Shown here: in pieces, positions 1 through 9,436 of the stretch
How the letters are laid out: each line of letters opens with the position of its first letter
Numbering within the stretch: position 1 is the first letter of the stretch
From: Bacteroidales bacterium
Lineage (GTDB): Bacteria > Bacteroidota > Bacteroidia > Bacteroidales > FEN-979
NCBI GenBank assembly: GCA_028706295.1
Contig: JAQWBQ010000009.1
Location: forward strand, 8,110 to 72,109
Length of the DNA: 64,000 nt
Direction of reading: 5' to 3'
Position numbers and translations under genes: made by a program
Notes under the pieces: model-generated
The model's input: the letters and a program-made list of their open reading frames with translations, nothing else
Database searches by the model: none
Told to the model about the DNA's origin: nothing

Positions 1-189
1 CGCGTCAATCCTGCAGTGCTGAACGGAAGCCGGCGTAAACGGATTGCACAGGGTTCCGGGACTACCATCCAGGAAGTGAACCAGCTCATCAAACAATTTG
101 ACGACACCCGGAAAATGATGAAAATGGTCACTGCCAACAAAGGAAAGAATATGTCGCAGATGATGCGGAATATGAAACGTTCAAATTAA
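1..189 (+). CDS. ffh: Signal recognition particle protein Ffh, 3' end (partial)
   Basis: Frame 1 reads RVNPAVLNGSRRKRIAQGSGTTIQEVNQLIKQFDDTRKMMKM...RSN*, the M-domain motif (SRRxRIAxGSG..EVNxLxKQF). Not in the ORF track. Confidence 0.93.
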   Translation, partial: RVNPAVLNGSRRKRIAQGSGTTIQEVNQLIKQFDDTRKMMKMVTANKGKNMSQMMRNMKRSN

Positions 190-287
190 ACCTGATACAG
201 GAATACAGCGGTCATCCTGTAAGCACGGTTTGGGACTGCACATCCCGGTATCGGCGCCCAAAACCAGATCCATGATATATCTGCAAA

Positions 288-459
288 AACCTGGTTCGTG
301 CATATCGTGATTGATAACAATGGATATTCCATGTGACCGATGAAATATAAAATTATTAACAAATGAAATATCCATAGGAACCAGGTTCATACAAAACACA
401 AATGATAATTATGGATATTCCATGTGACCAATGAAATATAAAATTATTAACACATGAAA
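288..459 (+). repeat. Degenerate 91-bp tandem duplication ending in the folD start
   Basis: 320-368 and 411-459 share 47/49 nt (atggatattccatgtgaccRatgaaatataaaattattaacaMatgaaa). Similarity extends upstream (aacctggttc at 288, aaccaggttc at 379). Period is 91. Confidence 0.9.
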
Positions 460-1344
460 CTTTTAGATGGTAAACTGATTGCCGATCAGATAAAAGATGA
501 ACTGGCCCGCGAGGTACGGGAGAATTTCATCGACAAAGGATTGAATCCGCCCCACCTGGCTGCCATCCTGGTTGGTGAGGATCCGGCGAGCCTTTCTTAT
601 GTTGCCGGAAAGGAACGGTCCTGTCGCGAAGTAGGATTCACCTCCTCAGTTTACCGCTACCCGGAAAACATAAGCAGGGAAAAGCTTTTCGAAGTAATCG
701 ATTTTCTGAACCATGATTCCGAGATCAGCGGTTTCATCGTCCAACTGCCCCTGCCGCGACATATCAGCGAACAGGAGGTGATTGAACGAATCGATCCCTC
801 CAAGGATGTCGACGGCTTTCACCCGGTGAACCTGGGAAAGATGATGCTGAACCTGCCCTGTTTCCTGCCGGCAACCCCGAAAGGGATCATGACGCTCCTC
901 GAAAGATACCAGATTGAAACATCCGGTAAAAATTGTGTGGTACTCGGACGAAGCAACATCGTCGGAACGCCGGTCAGCGTGCTCCTATCGAGAAAATCGA
1001 ACCCGGGAAATGCAACGGTGACGCTGTGCCACAGCCTATCTCAAAACATCCGTGCGCTGACGGTACAAGCCGATATTCTGATCGCTGCGATTGGTAAACA
1101 AGGCTTTGTCACGGCCGACATGGTAAAGAACGATGCCGTGATTATTGATGTCGGGATCCACCGGATCCCTTCCGAAACTTCAAAGTCGGGATTCCGGCTG
1201 GTCGGTGATGTAGATTTTCCAGGGGTTTCGAAGAAATGCAGTTATATAACCCCGGTTCCGGGCGGTGTCGGGCTGATGACGGTCGTTTCATTGCTCCAGA
1301 ACACGCTCGCGGCAGCCAGGATGAAATCACCTGCGGTACAGTGA
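454..1344 (+). CDS. folD: Bifunctional methylenetetrahydrofolate dehydrogenase/cyclohydrolase
   Basis: Motifs LAAILVGEDPAS, VQLPLP, KDVDGFHP, PATPKGI, GRSNIVG, TPVPGGVG. Confidence 0.97.
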   Translation: MKLLDGKLIADQIKDELAREVRENFIDKGLNPPHLAAILVGEDPASLSYVAGKERSCREVGFTSSVYRYPENISREKLFEVIDFLNHDSEISGFIVQLPLPRHISEQEVIERIDPSKDVDGFHPVNLGKMMLNLPCFLPATPKGIMTLLERYQIETSGKNCVVLGRSNIVGTPVSVLLSRKSNPGNATVTLCHSLSQNIRALTVQADILIAAIGKQGFVTADMVKNDAVIIDVGIHRIPSETSKSGFRLVGDVDFPGVSKKCSYITPVPGGVGLMTVVSLLQNTLAAARMKSPAVQ

Positions 1345-1973
1345 ACCATTCCCAAAATACCCTGCTGGCGCTCGGAAAATTACTCCCCGTGATGGAAGAA
1401 TTCTATTCCGTACAGGGTGAAGGATTCAACACCGGGCAACCCGCATACTTTATCCGTATTGGCGGGTGCGACGTCGGCTGTCGCTGGTGTGATGTGAAGG
1501 AATCATGGAATGCTTCCGACTTTCCGCCGATCAGTACCGATGAAGTCATCAGCCGGGCCGCGGGATTTCCGGCTAAAGCCATCGTGGTGACGGGCGGCGA
1601 ACCCCTTCTGTATAACCTCGACTACCTGTGTGAAAAGCTTCACCGGTTGGATTTCAGGACGTTTCTTGAAACATCGGGATCACAACCACTCAGCGGATCC
1701 TGGGATTGGATATGCCTGTCGCCTAAAAAGGATGCGCCGCCGTTTCCGGAGGTTGCAGTAAGGGCACAAGAACTGAAGGTCATTGTTCATGACGATTCGG
1801 ACTTCGTCTGGGCCGAAGAAAACCGAAAGTTAATATCTTCCGGTTGCCTGTGTTTCCTTCAACCCGAATGGAGCCGGCACAATACCATGATACCAGCCAT
1901 CGTTCGTTATATAAAGGACAACCCGGAGTGGAGAATCTCGTTACAAAGTCATAAATACATGCACATTCCCTGA
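1341..1973 (+). CDS. queE: 7-carboxy-7-deazaguanine synthase (radical SAM)
   Basis: EEFYSVQGEG, CDVGCRWC (CxxxCxxC), TGGEP, ETSG, LQPEW, SLQSHKY. Likely start is GTG 1341, overlapping the folD stop (GTGA), not 1236. Confidence 0.9.
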   Translation: MNHSQNTLLALGKLLPVMEEFYSVQGEGFNTGQPAYFIRIGGCDVGCRWCDVKESWNASDFPPISTDEVISRAAGFPAKAIVVTGGEPLLYNLDYLCEKLHRLDFRTFLETSGSQPLSGSWDWICLSPKKDAPPFPEVAVRAQELKVIVHDDSDFVWAEENRKLISSGCLCFLQPEWSRHNTMIPAIVRYIKDNPEWRISLQSHKYMHIP

Positions 1974-1975
1974 CC

Positions 1976-3916
1976 ATGCGCCGGATCTTTTTTCTGATAC
2001 TGGTTTTTGCAGCATCGTTGCATCAAGTCGACGGGCAACAGTCTCAGTTGTCAACCCGGAATAAACGGGCCGAAAAGTATTTTTTCACGGCAATTGACGC
2101 CTACCGGGCCGGCAACCTTTCAAAAGCATTGAATGATCTGAACAGAGCGGTTGAAGCGGATCCGCTTTTTACCGAAGCCTTTATTCTCAGGGGTGACGTT
2201 TATGCCGATCTGCGCCAGCCCGACCAGGCCATCGATTCGTACCAGTCGGCCATCATGACCAACAATCCCTTCGCCCCGAGCCTCTACATGATCCTTGCCG
2301 GAGTACAGCAAAATGCAGGACGATACGGGGATGCACGCCTCAATTACATCAGGTTCATTGAATCGCAGGGAATCCCGGAATCAAAGAAACAGCAGGCTGA
2401 AAAAGGAGTTATGGCCTGCGATTTTGCCCTTGATGCGATGGCACACCCCGTTCCGTTCTCACCGGTCAACATGGGCGACAGCATCAACACACCTTATGAC
2501 GAATACATTAACGCCATAACCGCGGATGAAGAACGGCTCTATTTCACTAGGAAAAATCCCCGGAATGCAATGACCATCGACCGGAGCCAGGAATTCGAGG
2601 AAGATTTTTATTTCGCTGTAAGACAGGATACAACATGGCGTTACGCACAGAGTCTCGGCACCCCCATCAATACCCACGGCAACGAGGGGGCACTCTCTAT
2701 CTCCCCCGACGGGAAATACCTCTTTTTTGCCGCCTGCAACCGGGAGGACGGATTTGGGAGTTGCGATCTGTACTGGTCCCGGTGGGTCGACAACCACTGG
2801 AGCCTCCCGGAGAATCTGGGACCGACTGTGAATTCGCCTCAGTGGGATTCCCAGCCCTCTTTCTCCTCCGATGGGAAAACCCTCTATTTTGCAAGCAAAA
2901 GGAGCGGCGGAAAGGGAAGCTCCGATATCTGGACAACACACCTGCAGTCCGGGGGGAATTGGAGTGTCCCTGAAAACTTAGGAGATTCGGTCAACACCCC
3001 TCAGGAGGAGATGGCCCCCTTCATTCATCCCGATGATCAGACCCTCTATTTTTCTTCAAAAGGGCATCGGGGTATGGGTGGTCTGGATCTGTTCTTTTGC
3101 AGGAAAAACCGGGATGACCGGTGGGGATCACCCGTCAATCTTGGATATCCCATCAACACACACGCCGAAGAAATTACCCTGGTCGTAAATTCCAAAGGGA
3201 ATATGGCATTCATCTCCTCCGATAAACTGGGCGGTAAAGGACGACAGGACGTTTATGAATTTCCGTTATACGATAAAGCAAGACCTTTGCTGACGACCTA
3301 TTTCAAGGGCGTAGTCTATGACGAAGAGACTAAATCAAGGCTTGACGCACGTTTTGAGCTGACTGACCTGGAACAGATGAAGCTGATCGCCGAATCGCGG
3401 TCGGATCGGGTAACCGGCGAATTTCTCCTGGTACTGCCTACCGAACGAAATTACGGACTTAACGTATCAAGGGAAGGATACCTGTTTTATTCCGAAAATT
3501 TCCCCCTCACTGGAAACGGAGATCTGTCGAAACCATTTATTAAAAACATTCCCCTGAAACCGATTAAAGTAGGAGAGAAGGTCGTTCTGAAGAATATTTT
3601 TTTCGATACAGATCAATATTCTCTGAAAGATCAATCCATGGTTGAACTTGATAAACTGGTCGATTTTCTTAAGAAAAATCCGAAATTGAAAATCGAAATC
3701 AGCGGACATACCGATAACATTGGAACCTCCGTCCACAACCTGGAGTTGTCACAAAACCGGGCGAAAGCGGTATTCGACTTTCTCTCAGGTCACGGCATCG
3801 ACGGTAAAAGAATGACTTACAAGGGTTATGGCTTTAACGATCCGGTCGACTCGAATGATACAGAGTCGGGGAGGGCCAATAACCGGAGAACTGAATTTAA
3901 AGTCATTGGGAATTAA
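1976..3916 (+). CDS. TPR-PD40(WD40-like)-CRD-OmpA_C protein, PorE/T9SS-associated family
   Basis: Signal peptide ending VDG|QQ, TPR helices, repeated PD40 units (SPDGKYLFF, SSDGKTLYFAS, HPDDQTLYFSS), C-terminal OmpA domain (EISGHTDNIG...RANNRRTEF). Confidence 0.85.
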   Translation: MRRIFFLILVFAASLHQVDGQQSQLSTRNKRAEKYFFTAIDAYRAGNLSKALNDLNRAVEADPLFTEAFILRGDVYADLRQPDQAIDSYQSAIMTNNPFAPSLYMILAGVQQNAGRYGDARLNYIRFIESQGIPESKKQQAEKGVMACDFALDAMAHPVPFSPVNMGDSINTPYDEYINAITADEERLYFTRKNPRNAMTIDRSQEFEEDFYFAVRQDTTWRYAQSLGTPINTHGNEGALSISPDGKYLFFAACNREDGFGSCDLYWSRWVDNHWSLPENLGPTVNSPQWDSQPSFSSDGKTLYFASKRSGGKGSSDIWTTHLQSGGNWSVPENLGDSVNTPQEEMAPFIHPDDQTLYFSSKGHRGMGGLDLFFCRKNRDDRWGSPVNLGYPINTHAEEITLVVNSKGNMAFISSDKLGGKGRQDVYEFPLYDKARPLLTTYFKGVVYDEETKSRLDARFELTDLEQMKLIAESRSDRVTGEFLLVLPTERNYGLNVSREGYLFYSENFPLTGNGDLSKPFIKNIPLKPIKVGEKVVLKNIFFDTDQYSLKDQSMVELDKLVDFLKKNPKLKIEISGHTDNIGTSVHNLELSQNRAKAVFDFLSGHGIDGKRMTYKGYGFNDPVDSNDTESGRANNRRTEFKVIGN

Positions 3917-3935
3917 ATTAAAGTTCGTACCTTTG
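3906..3935 (+). promoter_or_regulatory. Bacteroidota sigma-A promoter of thrS
   Basis: TTG (3906-3908), 19-nt spacer, TACCTTTG (3928-3935), 26 nt before the ATG. Confidence 0.75.
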
Positions 3936-3961
3936 CACCCCTCAAAACCACACGCTGACTC

Positions 3962-5905
3962 ATGATTCGTATTACTTTACCCGATAACTCCGTTCGTCAA
4001 TATCCTGAAGGTGTTACGGGACTTGATATTGCAAAAAGCATCAGTGAAGGACTGGCGCGGAATGTTCTTTCGGTTATGGTTGATGGAACGGTACAGGATG
4101 CTACACGTACCATCGAAAAGGATGCTTCTGTCAGGTTGCTGACCTGGAATGATCCCGAAGGTAAAGCCACCATGTGGCACTCCTCGGCACACTTAATGGC
4201 CGAAGCGATCGAATTGCTTTACCCGGGCGCCAAATTCGGGATCGGTCCGGATGTGGAGAACGGATTTTACTACGATATCGATTTCGGCTCGCAGACCATT
4301 TCCTCCGATGATTTTCCGAAGATTGAAAAAAAGATTCTGGAGCTGGCAAGGGAAAAGCAGCAGTATCTCAGGAAAGAGGTTTCGAAGGAGGAGGCGATCC
4401 GTTATTTCACCCGGAAAGGAGATGAATATAAAATTGAACTGATTCAGGACCTTCCCGACGGGAGTATCACTTTTTACGAATCAGGAAAATTCACGGATCT
4501 TTGCCGGGGGCCGCATCTGCCCGATACCGGATTCATCAAAGCAGTTAAATTATTGAATATCGCGGGCGCCTATTGGCGCGGCGATGAAAAACGCAAACAG
4601 TTGACCCGCATCTACGGCATCACCTTCCCAAAACAAAAAGAACTTGACGATTTTCTCATTCTTCTTGAGGAAGCAAAGAAACGGGATCACCGGAAGCTGG
4701 GGAAAGAGTTGGAATTGTTTGCCTTTTCTCAGAAAGTAGGACTGGGATTGCCACTTTGGTTACCCCGGGGCGCCCAGTTGCGTGAACGACTTGAGATGTT
4801 CCTGAAAAAAGTCCAGAAAAAAGCAGGATATCAACAGGTTATGTGCCCCCATATCGGGAATGTAGAGTTGTATAAGACCTCGGGCCATTACCAGAAATAC
4901 GGAGAGAGCTCATTCAGGCCCATATCGACACCGGTCGAAGGGGAAGAGTTCTTCCTGAAACCCATGAATTGTCCCCATCATTGCGAAATCTATAAAACTT
5001 CTCCCAGATCTTACCGGGATCTTCCGATCCGGCTTGCCGAATTTGGCACGGTTTACCGGTATGAACAGAGTGGCGAACTTCACGGATTGACCCGTGTTCG
5101 GGGATTTACGCAGGATGACGCCCACATTTTCTGTACACCGGAACAGGTGAAGGATGAATTCAAGGGCGTCATGGATATCGTCATGCTTATTTTTAAAGCG
5201 CTCGATTTCAAAGATTTTATTGTTCAGATTTCGCTCCGTGATCCCAATAACAAAGAAAAATATATCGGATCGGATGAGAATTGGGAAAAAGCTGAAACCG
5301 CGATCATGGAAGTTGCAGGCGAACGCGGCCTGACAACCGTTGTCGTACCGGGTGAAGCTGCCTTTTACGGGCCTAAGATGGATTTTATGGTCAAGGACGC
5401 GCTGGGACGCAAATGGCAGCTCGGAACGATCCAGGTTGATTACAATCTTCCCGAACGGTTTGATCTGGAGTACATTGGAGCCGACAACCAGAAGCATCGC
5501 CCGGTAATGATCCACAGGGCTCCCTTCGGTTCGATGGAACGGTTCGTGGCAGTATTGCTCGAACACACCGCCGGTGATTTCCCGCTCTGGCTCACACCCG
5601 ATCAGGCTATCGTATTGCCAATCAGTGAGAAATATCAGGATTATGCAAAAAAAGTTTTAAATTTGCTGAATAATTCCGAAATTCGCACCCTGATTGACGA
5701 TCGGAACGAGAAGGCAGGCAAGAAGATCAGGGATGCAGAAATGAAGAAAATTCCTTACATGCTCGTGGTGGGTGAACGCGAAGAGAATGAAGGAACGATC
5801 TCAGTCAGAAGGCATGGTCAGGGTGATCTTGGTCCCGTAAAAGTGGAAGATTTTATTAAAAAGGTACAGGAAGAGATCAGTAATGAACTGGGTGAAATAA
5901 ACTGA
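3962..5905 (+). CDS. thrS: Threonine--tRNA ligase
   Basis: TGS domain, [49 protein letters not shown]. Confidence 0.98.
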   Translation: MIRITLPDNSVRQYPEGVTGLDIAKSISEGLARNVLSVMVDGTVQDATRTIEKDASVRLLTWNDPEGKATMWHSSAHLMAEAIELLYPGAKFGIGPDVENGFYYDIDFGSQTISSDDFPKIEKKILELAREKQQYLRKEVSKEEAIRYFTRKGDEYKIELIQDLPDGSITFYESGKFTDLCRGPHLPDTGFIKAVKLLNIAGAYWRGDEKRKQLTRIYGITFPKQKELDDFLILLEEAKKRDHRKLGKELELFAFSQKVGLGLPLWLPRGAQLRERLEMFLKKVQKKAGYQQVMCPHIGNVELYKTSGHYQKYGESSFRPISTPVEGEEFFLKPMNCPHHCEIYKTSPRSYRDLPIRLAEFGTVYRYEQSGELHGLTRVRGFTQDDAHIFCTPEQVKDEFKGVMDIVMLIFKALDFKDFIVQISLRDPNNKEKYIGSDENWEKAETAIMEVAGERGLTTVVVPGEAAFYGPKMDFMVKDALGRKWQLGTIQVDYNLPERFDLEYIGADNQKHRPVMIHRAPFGSMERFVAVLLEHTAGDFPLWLTPDQAIVLPISEKYQDYAKKVLNLLNNSEIRTLIDDRNEKAGKKIRDAEMKKIPYMLVVGEREENEGTISVRRHGQGDLGPVKVEDFIKKVQEEISNELGEIN

Positions 5906-5998
5906 CGCTTTAACCTGGATGCATTGATGCCACATTCTTTGACTGATCTGCTGCCAGATAAAAAAACAGAGTATTAACCAAAGATAGGAGATAACACT

Positions 5999-6553
5999 AT
6001 AGTAACGCAATTCAATGGTCCCCGGCGGACTCCCAGACCCGGGAAAAAAGAAGAGCCGTACAATATCAATCAATGGATTAAAGCGCCCGTAGTCCGTGTT
6101 GTTGGCGAAAATATTCAACAAGGCATTTACAACATCCGTGAAGCCTTGAATATTGCAGAAATGCAGGGTCTTGACCTGGTCGAAATTTCCCCCACCGCTA
6201 ATCCTCCGGTTTGCAAGGTGGTCGATTACAAAAAGTTTCTTTATGAATTAAAAAAGAAACAAAAAGAGATGAAGGCCAAAACGGCCAAAGTTGTGATCAA
6301 GGAGATTCGCCTCGGACCCAATACCGATGACCATGATTTCAATTTCAAACTCAATCATGCCATCAAGTTTCTTAAAGAAAATGCAAAAGTCAAGGTGGAT
6401 GTGTTTTTTAAGGGCAGATCCATCATCTATAAAGAACAGGGAGAACTGATCCTTCTGAAATTTGCCCAGGCGCTGGTTGATGTCGGAAAAATCGAACAGA
6501 TGCCGCGCCTCGAAGGAAAACGGATGATCATGATCATTTCCCCAAAGAAATAA
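5999..6553 (+). CDS. infC: Translation initiation factor IF-3 (non-canonical ATA start)
   Basis: The frame is open from an in-frame TAA at 5975. ATA 5999 begins [38 protein letters not shown]..., joining the track ORF ([32 protein letters not shown]). The track start at 6146 truncates the N-domain. Confidence 0.9.
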   Translation: MVTQFNGPRRTPRPGKKEEPYNINQWIKAPVVRVVGENIQQGIYNIREALNIAEMQGLDLVEISPTANPPVCKVVDYKKFLYELKKKQKEMKAKTAKVVIKEIRLGPNTDDHDFNFKLNHAIKFLKENAKVKVDVFFKGRSIIYKEQGELILLKFAQALVDVGKIEQMPRLEGKRMIMIISPKK

Positions 6554-6605
6554 GTTAAATAAATCATCAAATCAATCAATAAATCAATCAATTAACAAAG
6601 GTAAC

Positions 6606-6800
6606 ATGCCAAAAATGAAAACGAAATCCGGTGCCAAGAAAAGGTTTTCTCTTACGGGGACCGGAAAAATCAAACGGAAGCATGCCTACAAAAGCCACAT
6701 TCTGACCAAAAAGACCACGAAAAGGAAACGTAACCTTACCTATTCGACGCTGGTAAATAAGGCCGATGAAGCGAATGTAAAGGAGATGCTCCAGGGTTAA
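6606..6800 (+). CDS. rpmI: 50S ribosomal protein L35
   Basis: [36 protein letters not shown]; canonical operon position. Confidence 0.98.
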   Translation: MPKMKTKSGAKKRFSLTGTGKIKRKHAYKSHILTKKTTKRKRNLTYSTLVNKADEANVKEMLQG

Positions 6801-6872
6801 TTCATCATTGTTTAACTTGTGCACAGCTTCAAGATCCCGTATTCGGGACGCTGACACAAAAAATCGAAAAAA

Positions 6873-7220
6873 ATGCCAAGATCAGTAAACGCAGTCGCCT
6901 CGCGTGAGAGAAGGAAAAAAATCCTGAAACGGGCCAAAGGACAATTCGGCAGAAGAAAGAATGTCCTGACCGTTGCGAAAAATTCAGTTGAAAAAGGTTT
7001 AACCTACGCATATCGTGACCGCAGAACCAAGAAAAGAAATTTCAGGGGACTGTGGATCACCCGCATCAATGCCGGGGTGCGTGCCTATGGAATGTCCTAT
7101 TCGGTATTTATGGGAAAACTGGCGGAAAAGAATATTCTGCTGAATCGTAAAACCCTTGCCGACCTGGCAATGAATCACCCCGAGGCTTTTAAAGCCGTCG
7201 TCGAAGCAGCAAACGCATAA
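6873..7220 (+). CDS. rplT: 50S ribosomal protein L20
   Basis: [23 protein letters not shown]...[21 protein letters not shown]. Confidence 0.98.
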   Translation: MPRSVNAVASRERRKKILKRAKGQFGRRKNVLTVAKNSVEKGLTYAYRDRRTKKRNFRGLWITRINAGVRAYGMSYSVFMGKLAEKNILLNRKTLADLAMNHPEAFKAVVEAANA

Positions 7221-7240
7221 TCCCTGCTGAACATGAAACG

Positions 7241-7268
7241 AAAAAAGCGGCTCAAAGGCCGCTTTTTT
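7241..7268. terminator. Bidirectional intrinsic terminator
   Basis: AAAAAAGCGGC-TCAAAG-GCCGCTTTTTT between convergent rplT and the redoxin gene. Confidence 0.88.
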
Positions 7269-7282
7269 ATTACCCCGCTTAA

Positions 7283-8704
7283 TCATTTCTTCTTTTCCTG
7301 AAGCTTCTTGTCGTAATTGATGATGAATTGCTCCAATTGATCCCCAAGCAAACGTTTGGCTATGATCTCCTTCTGCTCATTCAGAACATATACCACAGGC
7401 GTTGAGAAAATATCGTACTGATCGTGGTAGTTTCCCGTCAGCGTTCTCGGCCCGTTGACATTGATCCAGGTCATATTTTTTTTCTTTATCCCCGCTTTCA
7501 TTTTAACCATTGACGTGTCGGAACAAACAGAAAAGATCTCCAGTCCGTACTTTGATTTGTCCCTCAAATAAAATTCCCGGATCTTCGGAACCTCAACCTC
7601 ACAATGACTGCATTCCGGATCCCAGAATAACAGAATTAAATACCGTGCTTTGATACTATGCATCGAGACCAGGTTAAAACTGGTGTCCTGCATGATCATG
7701 TTGGGCGCTTTATTGCCAATGAGAATCGGTCGTAACTTATTGGCTTTCTTTATGATGGATTCATTTACGCTTTTTGCTATCCAGGGGGTCTGACCCGTGG
7801 CATAATAGGTATCGACGATGTTGACAAAGATCCGGTCAAAGCCCATGATCTCTGAGCTTTCGTAATGATAGGTTGTAAACCAGATCAGGTATTTGAACAC
7901 CTCTTCATTGGGGCGGGCCCGCTCGGCGAGTTGGTTGATCGCCTTCATAATGGTATCGGGGGTCTGTATGATGACATTATCGAGGTATTTCTTTAATTTG
8001 TTGTAGAAAACAGGGGTCCTGAGAATCCGGTCATCCGCAAGGTTTACACCATCCCAGTATTCCGCAACATAAGTCCTATAGGAGTAGGTGGAGTCTTTTT
8101 TTCCGTTGGGCAAGGTGGGATTCTCCTTAATATCCGGCTCCTTCATCACCTTAAGCATCAAAGTGAGAAAACTTTCAGGATGCTCCTTTATGATCCGGTA
8201 CTTATAATCGATCAAGGCTTTATTGATTACCTGTATCTGATCGTTAAGCGCCTTTGCAGTATCACTATTTTCACCCGACGCTTTGATGCGGTCCTGCAAC
8301 TCCTGCGCTTTTTTAAATTGTATCTTGTTGTAATCCAGATATTGATAAAACAATTTATTTTCAGGTGAATCTTTGATGACCATTTTACCGGTAAGATCGG
8401 TTACATCCGTTTCCATCGAAAACCTGCGATCATTGTTGATGATGAAATCACAATAATTCTTTTCCGACACGATCAGAATGTACATGCCACCGGGCAGATC
8501 CTTGGATTTCAACGTACAGCGACCGGATCCATCCACTTTAAGCGTATCTTTAATATAGGTATTGTTACCGTAATAGTTGCCGATCATACAGACGGTGTCT
8601 TTGAGTCCGTGGATCTGAATCCGGATAAGAGTTTCGTTCTGGGTGTATCCGGTAATACCCAACAAGAACAAAAAAATGGTCAGAGAGGTAATTTTCACTC
8701 GCAT
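7283..8704 (-). CDS. Periplasmic TlpA/redoxin-domain protein (DUF4369/DUF5106-like N-terminus)
   Basis: Signal peptide GYT|QN; C-terminal thioredoxin fold with GNKAPN...LFWDPECSHC and STPVVYVLN..IIAKRL. Confidence 0.8.
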   Translation of the reverse strand: MRVKITSLTIFLFLLGITGYTQNETLIRIQIHGLKDTVCMIGNYYGNNTYIKDTLKVDGSGRCTLKSKDLPGGMYILIVSEKNYCDFIINNDRRFSMETDVTDLTGKMVIKDSPENKLFYQYLDYNKIQFKKAQELQDRIKASGENSDTAKALNDQIQVINKALIDYKYRIIKEHPESFLTLMLKVMKEPDIKENPTLPNGKKDSTYSYRTYVAEYWDGVNLADDRILRTPVFYNKLKKYLDNVIIQTPDTIMKAINQLAERARPNEEVFKYLIWFTTYHYESSEIMGFDRIFVNIVDTYYATGQTPWIAKSVNESIIKKANKLRPILIGNKAPNMIMQDTSFNLVSMHSIKARYLILLFWDPECSHCEVEVPKIREFYLRDKSKYGLEIFSVCSDTSMVKMKAGIKKKNMTWINVNGPRTLTGNYHDQYDIFSTPVVYVLNEQKEIIAKRLLGDQLEQFIINYDKKLQEKKK

Positions 8705-8743
8705 TCTTAAAAGTTTTAGCCTGTTAACGCAAATTGTTCCGAT

Positions 8744-9436
8744 CTATTTTGCAGGAAGCTCATTTTCATAGGGTCTGAAAAAAAACCGGACATAAAAGTA
8801 ACCGATGGCTTCATTCATCGTTTCCCGGAAACCTTTGCTCGATTTCCACCAGGAATGTTTTCCATAATAAAAACTGGGCAGAGAGATGATTCCTACTTTA
8901 ATGGAGTCACCCATCGCAGCTTGAAACAAAAGCCGGCTTCTGCCCCCGTGCACGCTCATGGTCATGAGATTGAGCGACCGGATGCCGGGTCGATGCACTT
9001 TCAGCCACCGCTTCAGGGCAATGGCAGAATTATAAGTCCGGTCGTTTCGGATTTCATCGGTACCTACCATGACCAATTTACTTGAATCGAACCCCAACCG
9101 CAGCAACGACTTCCCCGCTACAATCGCCGTGTTGTGATAGGGCGCCAAAAGATCGCCATACTCCAGCGGGGTTCCTGTGGTTACGAGTAATTGGTACTTA
9201 TTATTTTTGAACTCATTGATCGCGGCTTGCAAAACATAATCGCTGATAAATCCTTCAACAACGAGCAGCTCCGTTTGTTCCCGTTCAACAGGAGCGAGGG
9301 TGGGATAGAGGTTGGAAAGGATGAGGTAAGAAATCCCAATAACAAACACAAGGAGCAACAGGTGCCCATAAACCGTCAAACCCCACCGTTCGCGTTTCCG
9401 GAAAAGAAAATTCTCTTTTTTTAAGGAATTGTTCAT
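8744..9436 (-). CDS. YdcF/ElyC/SanA (DUF218)-like membrane-anchored protein
   Basis: N-terminal TM helix, LVVEG, RTYNSA, TMSVHGGRSRLLF, WWKSSKGFRETMNE pattern. Confidence 0.6.
   Translation of the reverse strand: MNNSLKKENFLFRKRERWGLTVYGHLLLLVFVIGISYLILSNLYPTLAPVEREQTELLVVEGFISDYVLQAAINEFKNNKYQLLVTTGTPLEYGDLLAPYHNTAIVAGKSLLRLGFDSSKLVMVGTDEIRNDRTYNSAIALKRWLKVHRPGIRSLNLMTMSVHGGRSRLLFQAAMGDSIKVGIISLPSFYYGKHSWWKSSKGFRETMNEAIGYFYVRFFFRPYENELPAK

Noticed and set aside
200-270. Riboswitch (THF or ZTP) upstream of folD
   Set aside because: Hairpins exist (GGTTTGGG...CCCAAAACC) but the conserved THF/pfl core sequences are not recognisable.
6554-6605. AATC-like repeats before rpmI
   Set aside because: Low-complexity A-rich initiation region typical of Bacteroidota; not a repeat element.
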